Source: Candidatus Bathyarchaeota archaeon (GTDB lineage: Archaea > Thermoproteota > Bathyarchaeia > Bathyarchaeales > Bathycorpusculaceae). Taken from it: DNA of 64,000 nt. The stretch is from positions 512,001 through 576,000 of the forward strand of contig CAVYES010000004.1 of NCBI GenBank assembly GCA_963767735.1. Direction: 5' to 3'. Positions 41,180 to 49,878 of the stretch are shown piece by piece; position 1 is the stretch's first letter, and the number at the start of each line of letters is the position of its first letter. Both the position numbers and the translations under genes were made by a program. The notes below the pieces were generated by a model that was given only the letters and a program-made list of their open reading frames with translations, did no database searches and was not told the origin of the DNA.

Positions 41180-42637
41180 CTAATATTTTATAATTAGTGT
41201 TGTGCCATTTTCATTTGTCAATGTATAGATGACAGCTATTTCGTTGGATATGCCGTTTCCAGGATTGGCGAATGATGTTTGGGGCTCGAAGTGTTCGGTT
41301 TGGTTTTGATTAAAGTTAGGCATCTCGTTTCGCAATGCTTGATTGGGCGGTGCAATATTTTGCAGGTTTGGGTTTTGGAAACTGTAAATTTGACCGAGCA
41401 TCGGGTTAAACGTTAGGTTGGAGCTGATTACGATCATGTGGGTGCCCGATAAGTCTGTGCTGAAGCCTTTCACATACGCTGCCTCAGTTAATACGGTTTT
41501 AGAAGTGACGTATCCAGATTGAATGTTAACTAAGGCACAAGTGGTAGCAACACCAGCCACAATTATTACGCATGTTAGAAGAATTGCAGCTATTAGCTTG
41601 CTGGATTTGGGTCTCTTTGGTTTTATGGATGTTAGCTGGTTTATGTTTTTTAGCCGCAGGTTTATTTTTGGGTGACCAGACAGGATTTGGGGTCTATGAA
41701 TGATTGGTGAGGTTACTAAAAGGTTTGAGGTAACTCGAATTAACCTGCCTTCACCCGGCAAGCTTTGCAGAGCCTTGGTGATTTTTGTTAATGCATTTGC
41801 TAAGCTTTCCGGTTTTTCCAGAAGTTTTGCTCCGTTTTCATCTGCCAGCATTTCTCTTTCTCTTTGACTGTTGAAAAAAGCAAAGTATGCCAGAGGGTTG
41901 AAGAATGAGATAGCCGTCAAAGAGTTTGATAGAGCCTTGAATAAGAAATCGTGGTTTTTGATGTGGGCAAGTTCATGAGACGCAACAGCCAATATTTCCT
42001 CTTTATCCAAAATGTTCAGTAGCCCTATGGTGAAGACAAGCTTCGTTTTGCCTCCATTTCCCATGGTGAAAGCGTTGGGGCGCAAGTCTTCAATGAGCGC
42101 CACTTGCGGAGTTGAAATGGATAGTTTCCTGGAGATGGTAGCTATTTCTGTTTGAAGCCACCCATACTCGTTTGAGTCAAGGTTGATTACGTGTAGGAGT
42201 CTAGACGCTATCCAATCACCCATCACTATAGTTGTGACAGCGTAAATTCCTCCTATCGCTAAGCCGGTTAAGCAGAGGATTCCTGTCATTGAAAAAATCT
42301 GATTTGTTGAAAGCGCCACAAGCGTGATTGTCTGCGATAAAGGCGGCTGCATCAGGTGGAAGGGGCCAAAAAGTGCGGGTGCCTGAGGAGCGGGAATGCT
42401 GAACGACCCGATTAAACGGGAAGAGACCGCCTGTATCGCAGTTTTGGGCGGAAATGAAAGCATAACAAAGAGTGGAGCAACAATTGGAATTAGGTAAATC
42501 AGGCTTTTGGCTCTACTGCCCATAAAAGGGCAACATTTCACCACGATTTTTATGCAAACAAACGATACGGCCAAAGCTATAACTGAATAGTAAAAATACG
42601 GTTGAAAAACCTGAACCAGAACGTCTTCAAAGTTCAC
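41180..42637 (-). CDS. BlaR1/M56-M48 family membrane zinc metallopeptidase
   Basis: TM segments, PNAFT, HELAH, NPL, E..ADE, HP. Confidence 0.88.
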   Translation of the reverse strand: MNFEDVLVQVFQPYFYYSVIALAVSFVCIKIVVKCCPFMGSRAKSLIYLIPIVAPLFVMLSFPPKTAIQAVSSRLIGSFSIPAPQAPALFGPFHLMQPPLSQTITLVALSTNQIFSMTGILCLTGLAIGGIYAVTTIVMGDWIASRLLHVINLDSNEYGWLQTEIATISRKLSISTPQVALIEDLRPNAFTMGNGGKTKLVFTIGLLNILDKEEILAVASHELAHIKNHDFLFKALSNSLTAISFFNPLAYFAFFNSQREREMLADENGAKLLEKPESLANALTKITKALQSLPGEGRLIRVTSNLLVTSPIIHRPQILSGHPKINLRLKNINQLTSIKPKRPKSSKLIAAILLTCVIIVAGVATTCALVNIQSGYVTSKTVLTEAAYVKGFSTDLSGTHMIVISSNLTFNPMLGQIYSFQNPNLQNIAPPNQALRNEMPNFNQNQTEHFEPQTSFANPGNGISNEIAVIYTLTNENGTTLIIKY

Positions 42638-42670
42638 TTCAACCCCCCCTTCAAAGTAGCCATATTAATT

Positions 42671-43120
42671 TTAATTTTTATTCCGTTTAATTTTGCTGAG
42701 TTGTTCTCGGAGCGCTTTGCGTTCTCCTTCTTCCATGTTGGTTTCTTCGATTAAGCAGCTGGTAACGGCTTCACCGAAATTTCCAATCAAGCTTGCGAGA
42801 ACCTCGCGGACAGCTGATTTTTGAAAATTCTGTTTTCCAAGCTTAGGCCAGTAGACATAGTAGAGTCCGCCTCTTCCTTTTTCGATTTTCCTGTCCAGTA
42901 AGCTTTTCTCGAAGAGTCTGTCCATGGTGGACATAACGGTTGTGTAAGCTATTTTCTTGGTCTTGTTTAGTGCAGAGTAGATTTCTCTGACTGTTATGGG
43001 TGTTTTTTTTGAACCCCATATTGCCTCCATAATGTTGGATTCCAGTGGACCCAGAAAGGCTTCTAATGCTTTGCCGTCTAAGTTGTATTGTGAGAATTCT
43101 GGTTTTTTCTCTTCAGTCAT
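42671..43120 (-). CDS. BlaI/MecI/CopY family repressor
   Basis: LGPLE..IM..IW, TVREI, AYTTVMSTMDRL.EK; alternative start at 43135. Confidence 0.9.
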   Translation of the reverse strand: MTEEKKPEFSQYNLDGKALEAFLGPLESNIMEAIWGSKKTPITVREIYSALNKTKKIAYTTVMSTMDRLFEKSLLDRKIEKGRGGLYYVYWPKLGKQNFQKSAVREVLASLIGNFGEAVTSCLIEETNMEEGERKALREQLSKIKRNKN

Positions 43121-43134
43121 GGCTTCCGACCACA

Positions 43135-43153
43135 TTACTATCCTCTATAGTAG
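43135..43153. promoter_or_regulatory. Putative BlaI operator 1
   Basis: TTACTAT-cctct-ATAGTAG between the TATA-like box and the repressor start. Confidence 0.75.
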
Positions 43154-43235
43154 CTCTTTAAGCTTTCGAAAACAAAACACGCCGCTTTCTCCAACTTGAT
43201 TCACCAAAAAAAGAAAGCGGGGGAGCTTGCCATTC

Positions 43236-44465
43236 CTATGCAGATGTTCCTGTGCCTGAAGGGGCAGGTCGTGCGCCAAGTACAACGGATATGTTCACGG
43301 TTTGATTGTTTCTTACAATTGTTAAGCTAACGGTTTGTCCAGGCAACGTGTATTCTTCCAGGTATGAGGATAGGTCGTCTCCGTTTCTGACTCTTGACCC
43401 ATTAATTGCTGTTATGATGTCGCCGCCTATGGTTATGGTGTTTCCGTCTATAGTAGCTTGAGTGGTGCCTGCTTTGAGACCTGCGTTGTCTGCGGGTCCA
43501 CCCGTTGTAACTTGCTGAATTAAGACGCCGTAATTGACGCTTACTCCCATCTGGTTAGCGATGTCATAAGTCATGTCTATCGTGCTTATCCCCAAGTACG
43601 GGTGCTCAGTGTATGTACCAGTCGAAGCTAAGTCTTGAACTTCTCTAAGTATCGTGTTTGAGGGTATGGCGAAGCCTAAGCCCACGGAGTTATCGACTAT
43701 GGCTGTTGTTATACCTACGACTTGACCTTGGTCGTTGAGTAAGGGTCCGCCTGAGTTGCCTGGGTTAATAGCGGCGCTTGTTTGGATGATGTCAGCTATG
43801 TCGTACCCGTTTGTGGTGTCTTCAGTGATTGTTCTTCCCAAGGCGCTGACTATGCCTGTGGTCATTGACCCTGATAACCCGTAGGGGCTGCCGATTGCTA
43901 TGACCGAGTCGCCGACCTGTAGGCTTGATGAGTTAGTGATTGTTAGTGGGACTAGTTCGCTTTGTGGTGCGTCTGTTGAAAGTACCGCTAAGTCTGAGTA
44001 GGGATCTGAGCCTAGCACTTTAGCTGTGTATGTGTTTCCATCTTGGAACGTAACCGTGATGTTTACGCCGCTATCTACTACATGGTAATTTGTAACTATG
44101 ATGTCTTGGCTGTTGAGGTCATAGGTGAAACCTGAACCTTGGACTTGTGAGTATTCAGTTTGGCCGAATATGCTGGTTTCTGGTTGGAAGTCTTCGACGA
44201 CTACTACTGATGGCGCCACTTGCCGGTATATCTGTGAAAGTGACGCATTATCGGGCAATGTAGCGTCAGTTTGAGCGGTAGAAACGGCTGAATCGGTTGA
44301 GGCAGCTGAGGTGGTTGGGGTTTGGTTTAATGAATTGTTGTTAGTGGCGGCTGGGTGACCTATGTAATATCCTGCTGCTCCTGCTGTTATGCTGGCTACG
44401 ATGAGTATTGTGGCTATGAAAATGGCAAGTTTGGTTTTTTTGGGTTTTGGAGTTGGGTTTTCCGT
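43236..44465 (-). CDS. HtrA/DegP-like serine protease with PDZ domain and N-terminal TM; apparent ACG start
   Basis: TNYHV, DLAV, GNSGGPL, GGDII; frame open upstream through a TM helix to ACG at 44465, after an AAGGAG RBS. Confidence 0.88.
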   Translation of the reverse strand, partial: TENPTPKPKKTKLAIFIATILIVASITAGAAGYYIGHPAATNNNSLNQTPTTSAASTDSAVSTAQTDATLPDNASLSQIYRQVAPSVVVVEDFQPETSIFGQTEYSQVQGSGFTYDLNSQDIIVTNYHVVDSGVNITVTFQDGNTYTAKVLGSDPYSDLAVLSTDAPQSELVPLTITNSSSLQVGDSVIAIGSPYGLSGSMTTGIVSALGRTITEDTTNGYDIADIIQTSAAINPGNSGGPLLNDQGQVVGITTAIVDNSVGLGFAIPSNTILREVQDLASTGTYTEHPYLGISTIDMTYDIANQMGVSVNYGVLIQQVTTGGPADNAGLKAGTTQATIDGNTITIGGDIITAINGSRVRNGDDLSSYLEEYTLPGQTVSLTIVRNNQTVNISVVLGARPAPSGTGTSA

Positions 44466-44493
44466 TTGTTTTGTCTCCTTGTAAAGCTTTGTT

Positions 44494-44512
44494 CTACTAT
44501 CTTTGGTAGTAG
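44494..44512. promoter_or_regulatory. Putative BlaI operator 2
   Basis: CTACTAT-ctttg-GTAGTAG downstream of the htrA TATA-like box. Confidence 0.75.
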
Positions 44513-44529
44513 CTTTGTGAATATAAATG

Positions 44530-44548
44530 TTACTATTGTGACTAGTAG
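44530..44548. promoter_or_regulatory. Putative BlaI operator 3
   Basis: TTACTAT-tgtga-CTAGTAG upstream of the htrA TATA-like box. Confidence 0.7.
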
Positions 44549-44637
44549 CCGCCTTTTAATGCTTTTTTGACTAGTTCATTATTGCCCGCGGGCAAACAAG
44601 CTCTAACCAAGATCGGCGATTCTGTTTTTGATAGCAG

Positions 44638-44656
44638 CTACTACCTTAAATAGTAG
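44638..44656. promoter_or_regulatory. Putative BlaI operator 4
   Basis: CTACTAC-cttaa-ATAGTAG overlapping the CTTAAATA box of the ArsR-type gene. Confidence 0.75.
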
Positions 44657-44699
44657 CTATGTAATAGATAAACAAGGAAACTCACAGGAGCACCTATAC

Positions 44700-45074
44700 A
44701 TGATAAACAACAATCAATCAGTAAGACAATTAATAGGCTGGCTAATCGCGGGAACAAAAGGCGGCAAAACCCGCGCCAAAATAATCAAAATACTAAAAAA
44801 TTCCCCACAAAACTCAAACCAACTAGCCACGCTCCTCAAAGTAAACTACAAAACAATTAGACATCACATCGCGATTCTGGAGAAAAACAAATTAATCATC
44901 TCCGCTGGAACCCACTACTCCACCGCGTATTTTCTCTCGGAACTAATGGAAGAAAACTACGCGCTATTCGAAGAAATAACAAGCAAGACCAAAGATACGA
45001 AAATAAGGTCAATTCGAGTAATAAATAAAATAATCCTTAAACCTTGCCTTCAACCTTCTCCTAATTTGTCGTAA
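44700..45074 (+). CDS. ArsR-type winged-helix regulator
   Basis: WLIAGTKGG.TRAKII...N.NQLA..L..NYKTIRHH. Confidence 0.88.
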   Translation: MINNNQSVRQLIGWLIAGTKGGKTRAKIIKILKNSPQNSNQLATLLKVNYKTIRHHIAILEKNKLIISAGTHYSTAYFLSELMEENYALFEEITSKTKDTKIRSIRVINKIILKPCLQPSPNLS

Positions 45075-45133
45075 TCTTTAATAATGAAACGGTTCCAACC
45101 TAAACCGAAGGGAAGAAAACGCCGAACGTTGAA

Positions 45134-45271
45134 ATGCGCTGTCCTAAATGCGGTTCTCCAGAGGTAGAAAAAACCAAAAATCAAGAGTGCCACTGTAGCA
45201 GATGTGGCGCAATATTTTATTTTGTTACCCCAAAATGCGGTTCTTCCGATTTTGAAAGATACAAACTTTAG
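45134..45271 (+). CDS. CPxCG zinc-finger microprotein (45 aa)
   Basis: MRCPKCGSPEVEKTKNQECHCSRCGAIFYFVTPKCGSSDFERYKL. Confidence 0.75.
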   Translation: MRCPKCGSPEVEKTKNQECHCSRCGAIFYFVTPKCGSSDFERYKL

Positions 45272-45372
45272 CTTTTAGCTTTGCAGAATTTGTGAATTGG
45301 GAAAACTTAAATACGATTTCATATTAGTGGGAAATGAAAGAAACACTGAAAACATAATTGTTGGTAGGCCAG

Positions 45373-45888
45373 ATGTTTGGAAATCGTGAAGGAATGCATC
45401 GACGGTTACAGGGGTTAATTGAGAAGTTCCGCCAAAAAGGAGCCACAAGTCCGGAAAAAGCCATGACTATTCAGGAGTTGGGGTTGCCGCCGCGTTTTGA
45501 AGAAGCTATGCATCGGAGACTTGGTCAATCGGGCATTTTTGTTGAAACAAACGGCAAGTACTACCTCAATGAAGAACGGCTTAAACAGATCCAAGACCAA
45601 CGTACCAAAATGGGGCCTGGCGGTGGAGGAGGCGGTGGCTGGAATAGCGGGGGATCATCAAGCTGGTACCGTTTTGCCGGGCTTTTTCTTATGCTGCCGA
45701 TTGGCATAATCATTGCGCTTGTGCTCTTTTACTTTGTAGCCTTCAGAGGAGGAGGATATTTTCCAGGTGAATTCCTTGTTATTTTGCTGGTTATCGTCTT
45801 AGTGTTGTTTGTGGTCCGAATGCTTTTCTGGAGGTCAAGAAGGCGGTATTGGCGTGAACAGTGGCAAAAAAACCAGCAGTTAGGATAA
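45373..45888 (+). CDS. Membrane protein: soluble N-domain, Gly linker, two C-terminal TMs
   Basis: Hydropathy pattern; CTTAAATA box upstream. Confidence 0.75.
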   Translation: MFGNREGMHRRLQGLIEKFRQKGATSPEKAMTIQELGLPPRFEEAMHRRLGQSGIFVETNGKYYLNEERLKQIQDQRTKMGPGGGGGGGWNSGGSSSWYRFAGLFLMLPIGIIIALVLFYFVAFRGGGYFPGEFLVILLVIVLVLFVVRMLFWRSRRRYWREQWQKNQQLG

Positions 45889-46191
45889 CCTCATGGTCAG
45901 ATCCGCTATTGGAGTTTCCTCTTTTCTCGAATTGCTGCTTTGTGCCTATTTGTATTTGAAAAAAGGTTTTTAGAATTTTATAGGGATCATTTTTCTATAC
46001 CTTTTTTCCAGAGAAGCCCAAAAAACTTCAGGTTATCATGGTGGTGGACTACCGTATTCGGACTGGTGAGCTTCTGCTATTCACTTCACTCCGATTCGTT
46101 TTGCTCCAAGAGTCTAGCAGCATTGACTTGTTTTCTTTGAATAGACGCTTGTCGTTTTCAACTTTTCTTTTTTAGCTCTTGGGATTAACAG

Positions 46192-46375
46192 TTATTGAAG
46201 TTTGAGAACCAGAAATGAGTTATCTCCCGAATCAATGGCCTTAATCGATTGCGTTCCAGCAGTGTTCAATGTGACATCAAATTTGTGCAAACTCTTATCG
46301 GTTGCTTGAAATTTGTATTTTTTAACTGGAATCGTGGCACTTTGATCGCTTGAAGTTACCTCAACTGTAAAGGGG
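46192..46375 (-). pseudogene. Fragment of an Ig-like surface-protein repeat
   Basis: TVEVTSSD..A.IP..Y.F...D...H.F.VTL.TAG.QSI.A.D; truncated at the hairpin repeat. Confidence 0.55.
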
Positions 46376-46514
46376 TCCCCCCAAAATTGGTCAGAATTGA
46401 CCAATGGAGAATTGAAAATTAAGACTAAAAAAGACTAAAACTGAACCCATTTTCAAAAGGGTATCCCCCCTAAATTCCTCAGAATTGAGGAATGGAGAGG
46501 TGTAAATTAAGATT
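46369..46514. repeat. Two tandem ~58-bp units, each with a perfect 8-bp-stem hairpin
   Basis: attggtca-gaat-tgaccaat and attcctca-gaat-tgaggaat in otherwise near-identical units. Confidence 0.85.
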
Positions 46515-46731
46515 TGAAGCAAAAGCAAAATCAATCAAACAATAAGGCATGGTTGAAAAGCAGAAACAAAAAAAACTTTGGCGCAATATCTCCAAATAAA
46601 TGGATAATCAATGCTTGAAGAAAACAGAGACACGGAAAATTCAATTGAACAAAACTCAACACGTTAATTTTTAGTAATTTCGTTATTTGACGATAAATCC
46701 TCTGGTGCTAGTGCTCAGACCGAATTGAGAG

Positions 46732-46806
46732 TGGGCCGGACCGGATTCGGACCGGCGACCTTCTGCACGTCAAGCAGATGTCCTAACCAGGCTAGACGAC
46801 CGGCCC
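46732..46806 (-). tRNA. tRNA-Val(GAC)
   Basis: Cloverleaf GGGCCGG/CCGGCCC, anticodon arm TCTGC-TTGACGT-GCAGA; T-loop reads TCCGAAT. Confidence 0.93.
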
Positions 46807-47003
46807 ACGGGTCTTATGTTTTTTACAGTGTTTTCTTATTCAGGCGCTTCGTCTTTTCGGCTATATTGCATATTCAAAATTCCCGCTTGTATTAATCTAT
46901 TTCTTAAGTTGAGCGGGATCGAACTATATAGCCTAACAGTCATTTACGACGACAGCAGTTTTAAGGGGCTTTACATGTATATGCCTTATAAACGGGATGC
47001 ACC

Positions 47004-48254
47004 ATGGCGACCGACGAAGTGCTTTCTTTACTTGTTGATTTCATTAACAAGAACTCTAACGTTGGTGACGCCCAATGGGACCAGAGGATGAGTCCACGGC
47101 TGCCTTTTAATCCGTACTCCAAAAGTTATGAAGAGCGGAAAATAGTTGCTCACTACTTTTTACTGGTTGCATCCATACTTGATGATGCGGTGGTAGGTTA
47201 CCCTGAAAACGCGAGAATGTTGCTTTCGTATTTCCATGAAGCTTTGGGCGACAGTTTTTTGGATATTAAAAAAGCACATATTTTTGAAGAAGAAATCGTG
47301 AAATCAGATTTTTATTATGATTTGGGTCCAAACAAAAAAGCGGCAGCCGAAATCATGGCATCCGTCAACACGTTTGTCAAAACTAATGCGGAAAAAAATT
47401 TGCTAAAATATTCTCAAAGATTTAGTAAGCCCAAGGATTTCGTTGATAACTTGGCACAAAACATCAATGCCTTTGGCGGACCCCGCGTTGATAAGGCGTG
47501 GATTTACATGCGGTGGATGGTGCGGCCTCAACCTGACCTGCACATCTATGACCACCTTTTGCCAGAAGACCTCTACGTTCCATTGACCAAAGAAAACGCC
47601 AACGTAGCAGCGAGCTTTGGGATAATAGACTCAGCTTCGCCATCGCTATGGCGAGACGAACACACCGCTGCAATTGCAAGACAAAAAATAACAGACTTTG
47701 CAAAAAAGCTCTTTCCCAAAGACCCCGCGAAGGTTGATTATCCCTTCTCCCTCTTAGGCAGATGGCTTAGGAAAAAAAAATTAAACCGGTACACGTTGAA
47801 AACTGCACTTGATTTTCTTGACCGAATGCAAAAGATCACTGGTCAGTCCCAAGCTTATTACCAAAAGATGAGCCGTTACAAAAGTGGATGGGAGAAAAAA
47901 ACCGCTCTGACTCTTTTAAGGATGCACATTGCTTTTGGTTATGAAACCATTAGTTTCCCTTTGCCGAATAATGAAATTTACACGCCCGATTTCATTTTGG
48001 AAAAAACTGTTCAGGGGAGAAAAATTGTTCTTGAACCCCATTTCGAAATGACTAAAAAGCAAGCTCGCAAATATGCATTATTCAAACGAACTTACGGTCA
48101 CCGGTTCCTCTTAATACTTCTGCTGAAAAATGATTTAATTTCTTTGTATCATCAGCGAAAAATATTGACTGACGATGTGTGCGACGATGTTTGGCCGATT
48201 GAGTTTATTCATTTGTTGGCTGAGAAAATACGAAGAGGCACCTACGGCGAATAA
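47004..48254 (+). CDS. DUF2400 (TIGR02757)-like protein fused to a T7 endonuclease I-like PD-(D/E)xK domain
   Basis: YMRWMVR...DL...VPL...DPAKVDY; C-terminal YKSGWE...F.YE...YTPDF.L...IVLEPH. Confidence 0.7.
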   Translation: MATDEVLSLLVDFINKNSNVGDAQWDQRMSPRLPFNPYSKSYEERKIVAHYFLLVASILDDAVVGYPENARMLLSYFHEALGDSFLDIKKAHIFEEEIVKSDFYYDLGPNKKAAAEIMASVNTFVKTNAEKNLLKYSQRFSKPKDFVDNLAQNINAFGGPRVDKAWIYMRWMVRPQPDLHIYDHLLPEDLYVPLTKENANVAASFGIIDSASPSLWRDEHTAAIARQKITDFAKKLFPKDPAKVDYPFSLLGRWLRKKKLNRYTLKTALDFLDRMQKITGQSQAYYQKMSRYKSGWEKKTALTLLRMHIAFGYETISFPLPNNEIYTPDFILEKTVQGRKIVLEPHFEMTKKQARKYALFKRTYGHRFLLILLLKNDLISLYHQRKILTDDVCDDVWPIEFIHLLAEKIRRGTYGE

Positions 48255-48444
48255 TCCCTATAACAACATCTTTTGTCCTAGTTTAACTCCTTTGGGATCA
48301 TCCTAATTTAACTTTTAAACCACAACAGGCTCCCCCCACTACTATTAACAGCCAACTTCAACAAGTAAAAAGCAAACACAAGCCTTTCTCAGCTAAACTG
48401 AACGCGTTAATTAAGCAGCATAGCTTTGTATTGCTGACGGCGCA

Positions 48445-48822
48445 ATGGTGCAGGACAATTTCAAACCGGTGGTAGTCTGGCTTATACTTAATGGAAAAAC
48501 AGAAGAAGCGCTTACACTGCTAGCAAAAAACTACAAAGTTAACGTTCCCACCCTAAAAGTAGGCTTACCGAAAGGACACAAAATTAAAGCGTTCGGATGT
48601 TACACCAACAAAAACGAAACCATTTCAGTGCTAAACAGCGATATATTGGCAAATCCCTTTGTGATTATCCACGAGTTCTATCATCATCTACGAAGCAAAG
48701 GCGTAGATAAAATGCATCGGGGCACGGAGAAAAACGCTGACAAATTCGCAGTTGAATTCCTGCGTGAATATGAAATGGCAGCAAAAAGGGCTCAGCAGAT
48801 TACTCAAAATTTTCGTCTTTAG
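48445..48822 (+). CDS. Small zincin-like metallopeptidase domain protein
   Basis: IIHEFYHH followed by E..ADKFA. Confidence 0.7.
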   Translation: MVQDNFKPVVVWLILNGKTEEALTLLAKNYKVNVPTLKVGLPKGHKIKAFGCYTNKNETISVLNSDILANPFVIIHEFYHHLRSKGVDKMHRGTEKNADKFAVEFLREYEMAAKRAQQITQNFRL

Positions 48823-49228
48823 AATCTTCGCCTATTGGGTTAGTAATTGTTATTGGCAATTTCTCAGCGTTGCAATCATATGCTGCAATGCAGCCTTTCC
48901 CTTCAAATGGGTACCCTACAATCATGAGGATTCTCCCAAAAAAGTGATTCATGTCCACGTGGCTTGGTGAAATATTTCCTGAGGGATGAGAATGCACCGT
49001 GCCTACTAGCGAGAAATCTCCTGAAAACATGTACGGGTTAAAATTGGCAAACCCGCGTCCATGAGCAGCGAAAGGAGCCAAAACTAGATCCGTTATTTTG
49101 ATGACGCCTTTGCTTTTTTTGCCCCTTAAGAGCAGAAAACTTTCCCGCGGGTAAAGCTGCTTAGCACCATTGTAAATGGTATCCAATATATCCTGGGGAA
49201 CCTCAACAACTATTGATTTTGATGCCAT
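48800..49228 (-). CDS. JAB/Mov34/MPN metalloprotease family protein
   Basis: YPRE, GTVHSHPSG...PS..D. Confidence 0.9.
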   Translation of the reverse strand: MASKSIVVEVPQDILDTIYNGAKQLYPRESFLLLRGKKSKGVIKITDLVLAPFAAHGRGFANFNPYMFSGDFSLVGTVHSHPSGNISPSHVDMNHFFGRILMIVGYPFEGKGCIAAYDCNAEKLPITITNPIGEDSKDENFE

Positions 49229-49380
49229 GCCAAGAAAAATGGCAGTAGTTAGTTAATTACTTTGCTTTAAAACATACTAGTTCTTCCAATTGCTGCTACA
49301 AAAGCATCTTCGTAAAAAAATACGCGCAAACATTTTATTGAGGTAAGAACAGAATTAGCCAATTGGCGCTGGGAAATCGC

Positions 49381-49495
49381 GCCGGGATAATGCTTCGACA
49401 ATTGTTGGGCATCCCGATGGCAGAGTGGTTAACGCGCGGGCCTTGAGAGCCCGTGGATCGCAAGGTCCGCATGGGTTCGAATCCCATTCCCGGCG
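49381..49495 (+). tRNA. tRNA-Ser(TGA) with a 30-nt BHB intron at position 8/9 (49389..49418)
   Basis: Acceptor GCCGGGA/TCCCGGC-G, anticodon arm CGGGC-CTTGAGA-GCCCG, long variable arm, GGTTCGAATCC; canonical BHB at the intron junctions. Confidence 0.92.
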
Positions 49496-49878
49496 CCCTT
49501 TTTTCCAATTTTTCTTTTTCAAAAAGGCTCTGGATCTTTAGTTCCCGTTTGAAAATGAAGCCATAGCTTGCTAGTAAATTGCTTTTTCAATCGATTGGTT
49601 ATCTCAAGGGCTTGATTTGGAGGGAAATTGGAGCAAAGCTTTTAAGAATTGTGTAGATAAAAGAACGTTAACAGGGAAACGATGGGCTTAAATGGTGAGA
49701 TTAAATGTTATGAGGTTCGACACTGTGAGAGGGGCACAGGAGTTTCTGTTTAAAAAGTCAGGTTACAAAGTTTTCTTTTTTGACCCTTATCTCTACGCTG
49801 ACCTCAAGAGCCCAGAAAAACACTTTGGTTTCACATTTATTTCCGATAAAACCTATAATTTAAGGATATAGAATAAGC

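Noticed and set aside
46732-46770. att duplication of the tRNA-Val 3' end defining an integrated element
   Set aside because: No second copy of the tRNA 3' end was noticed in the window.
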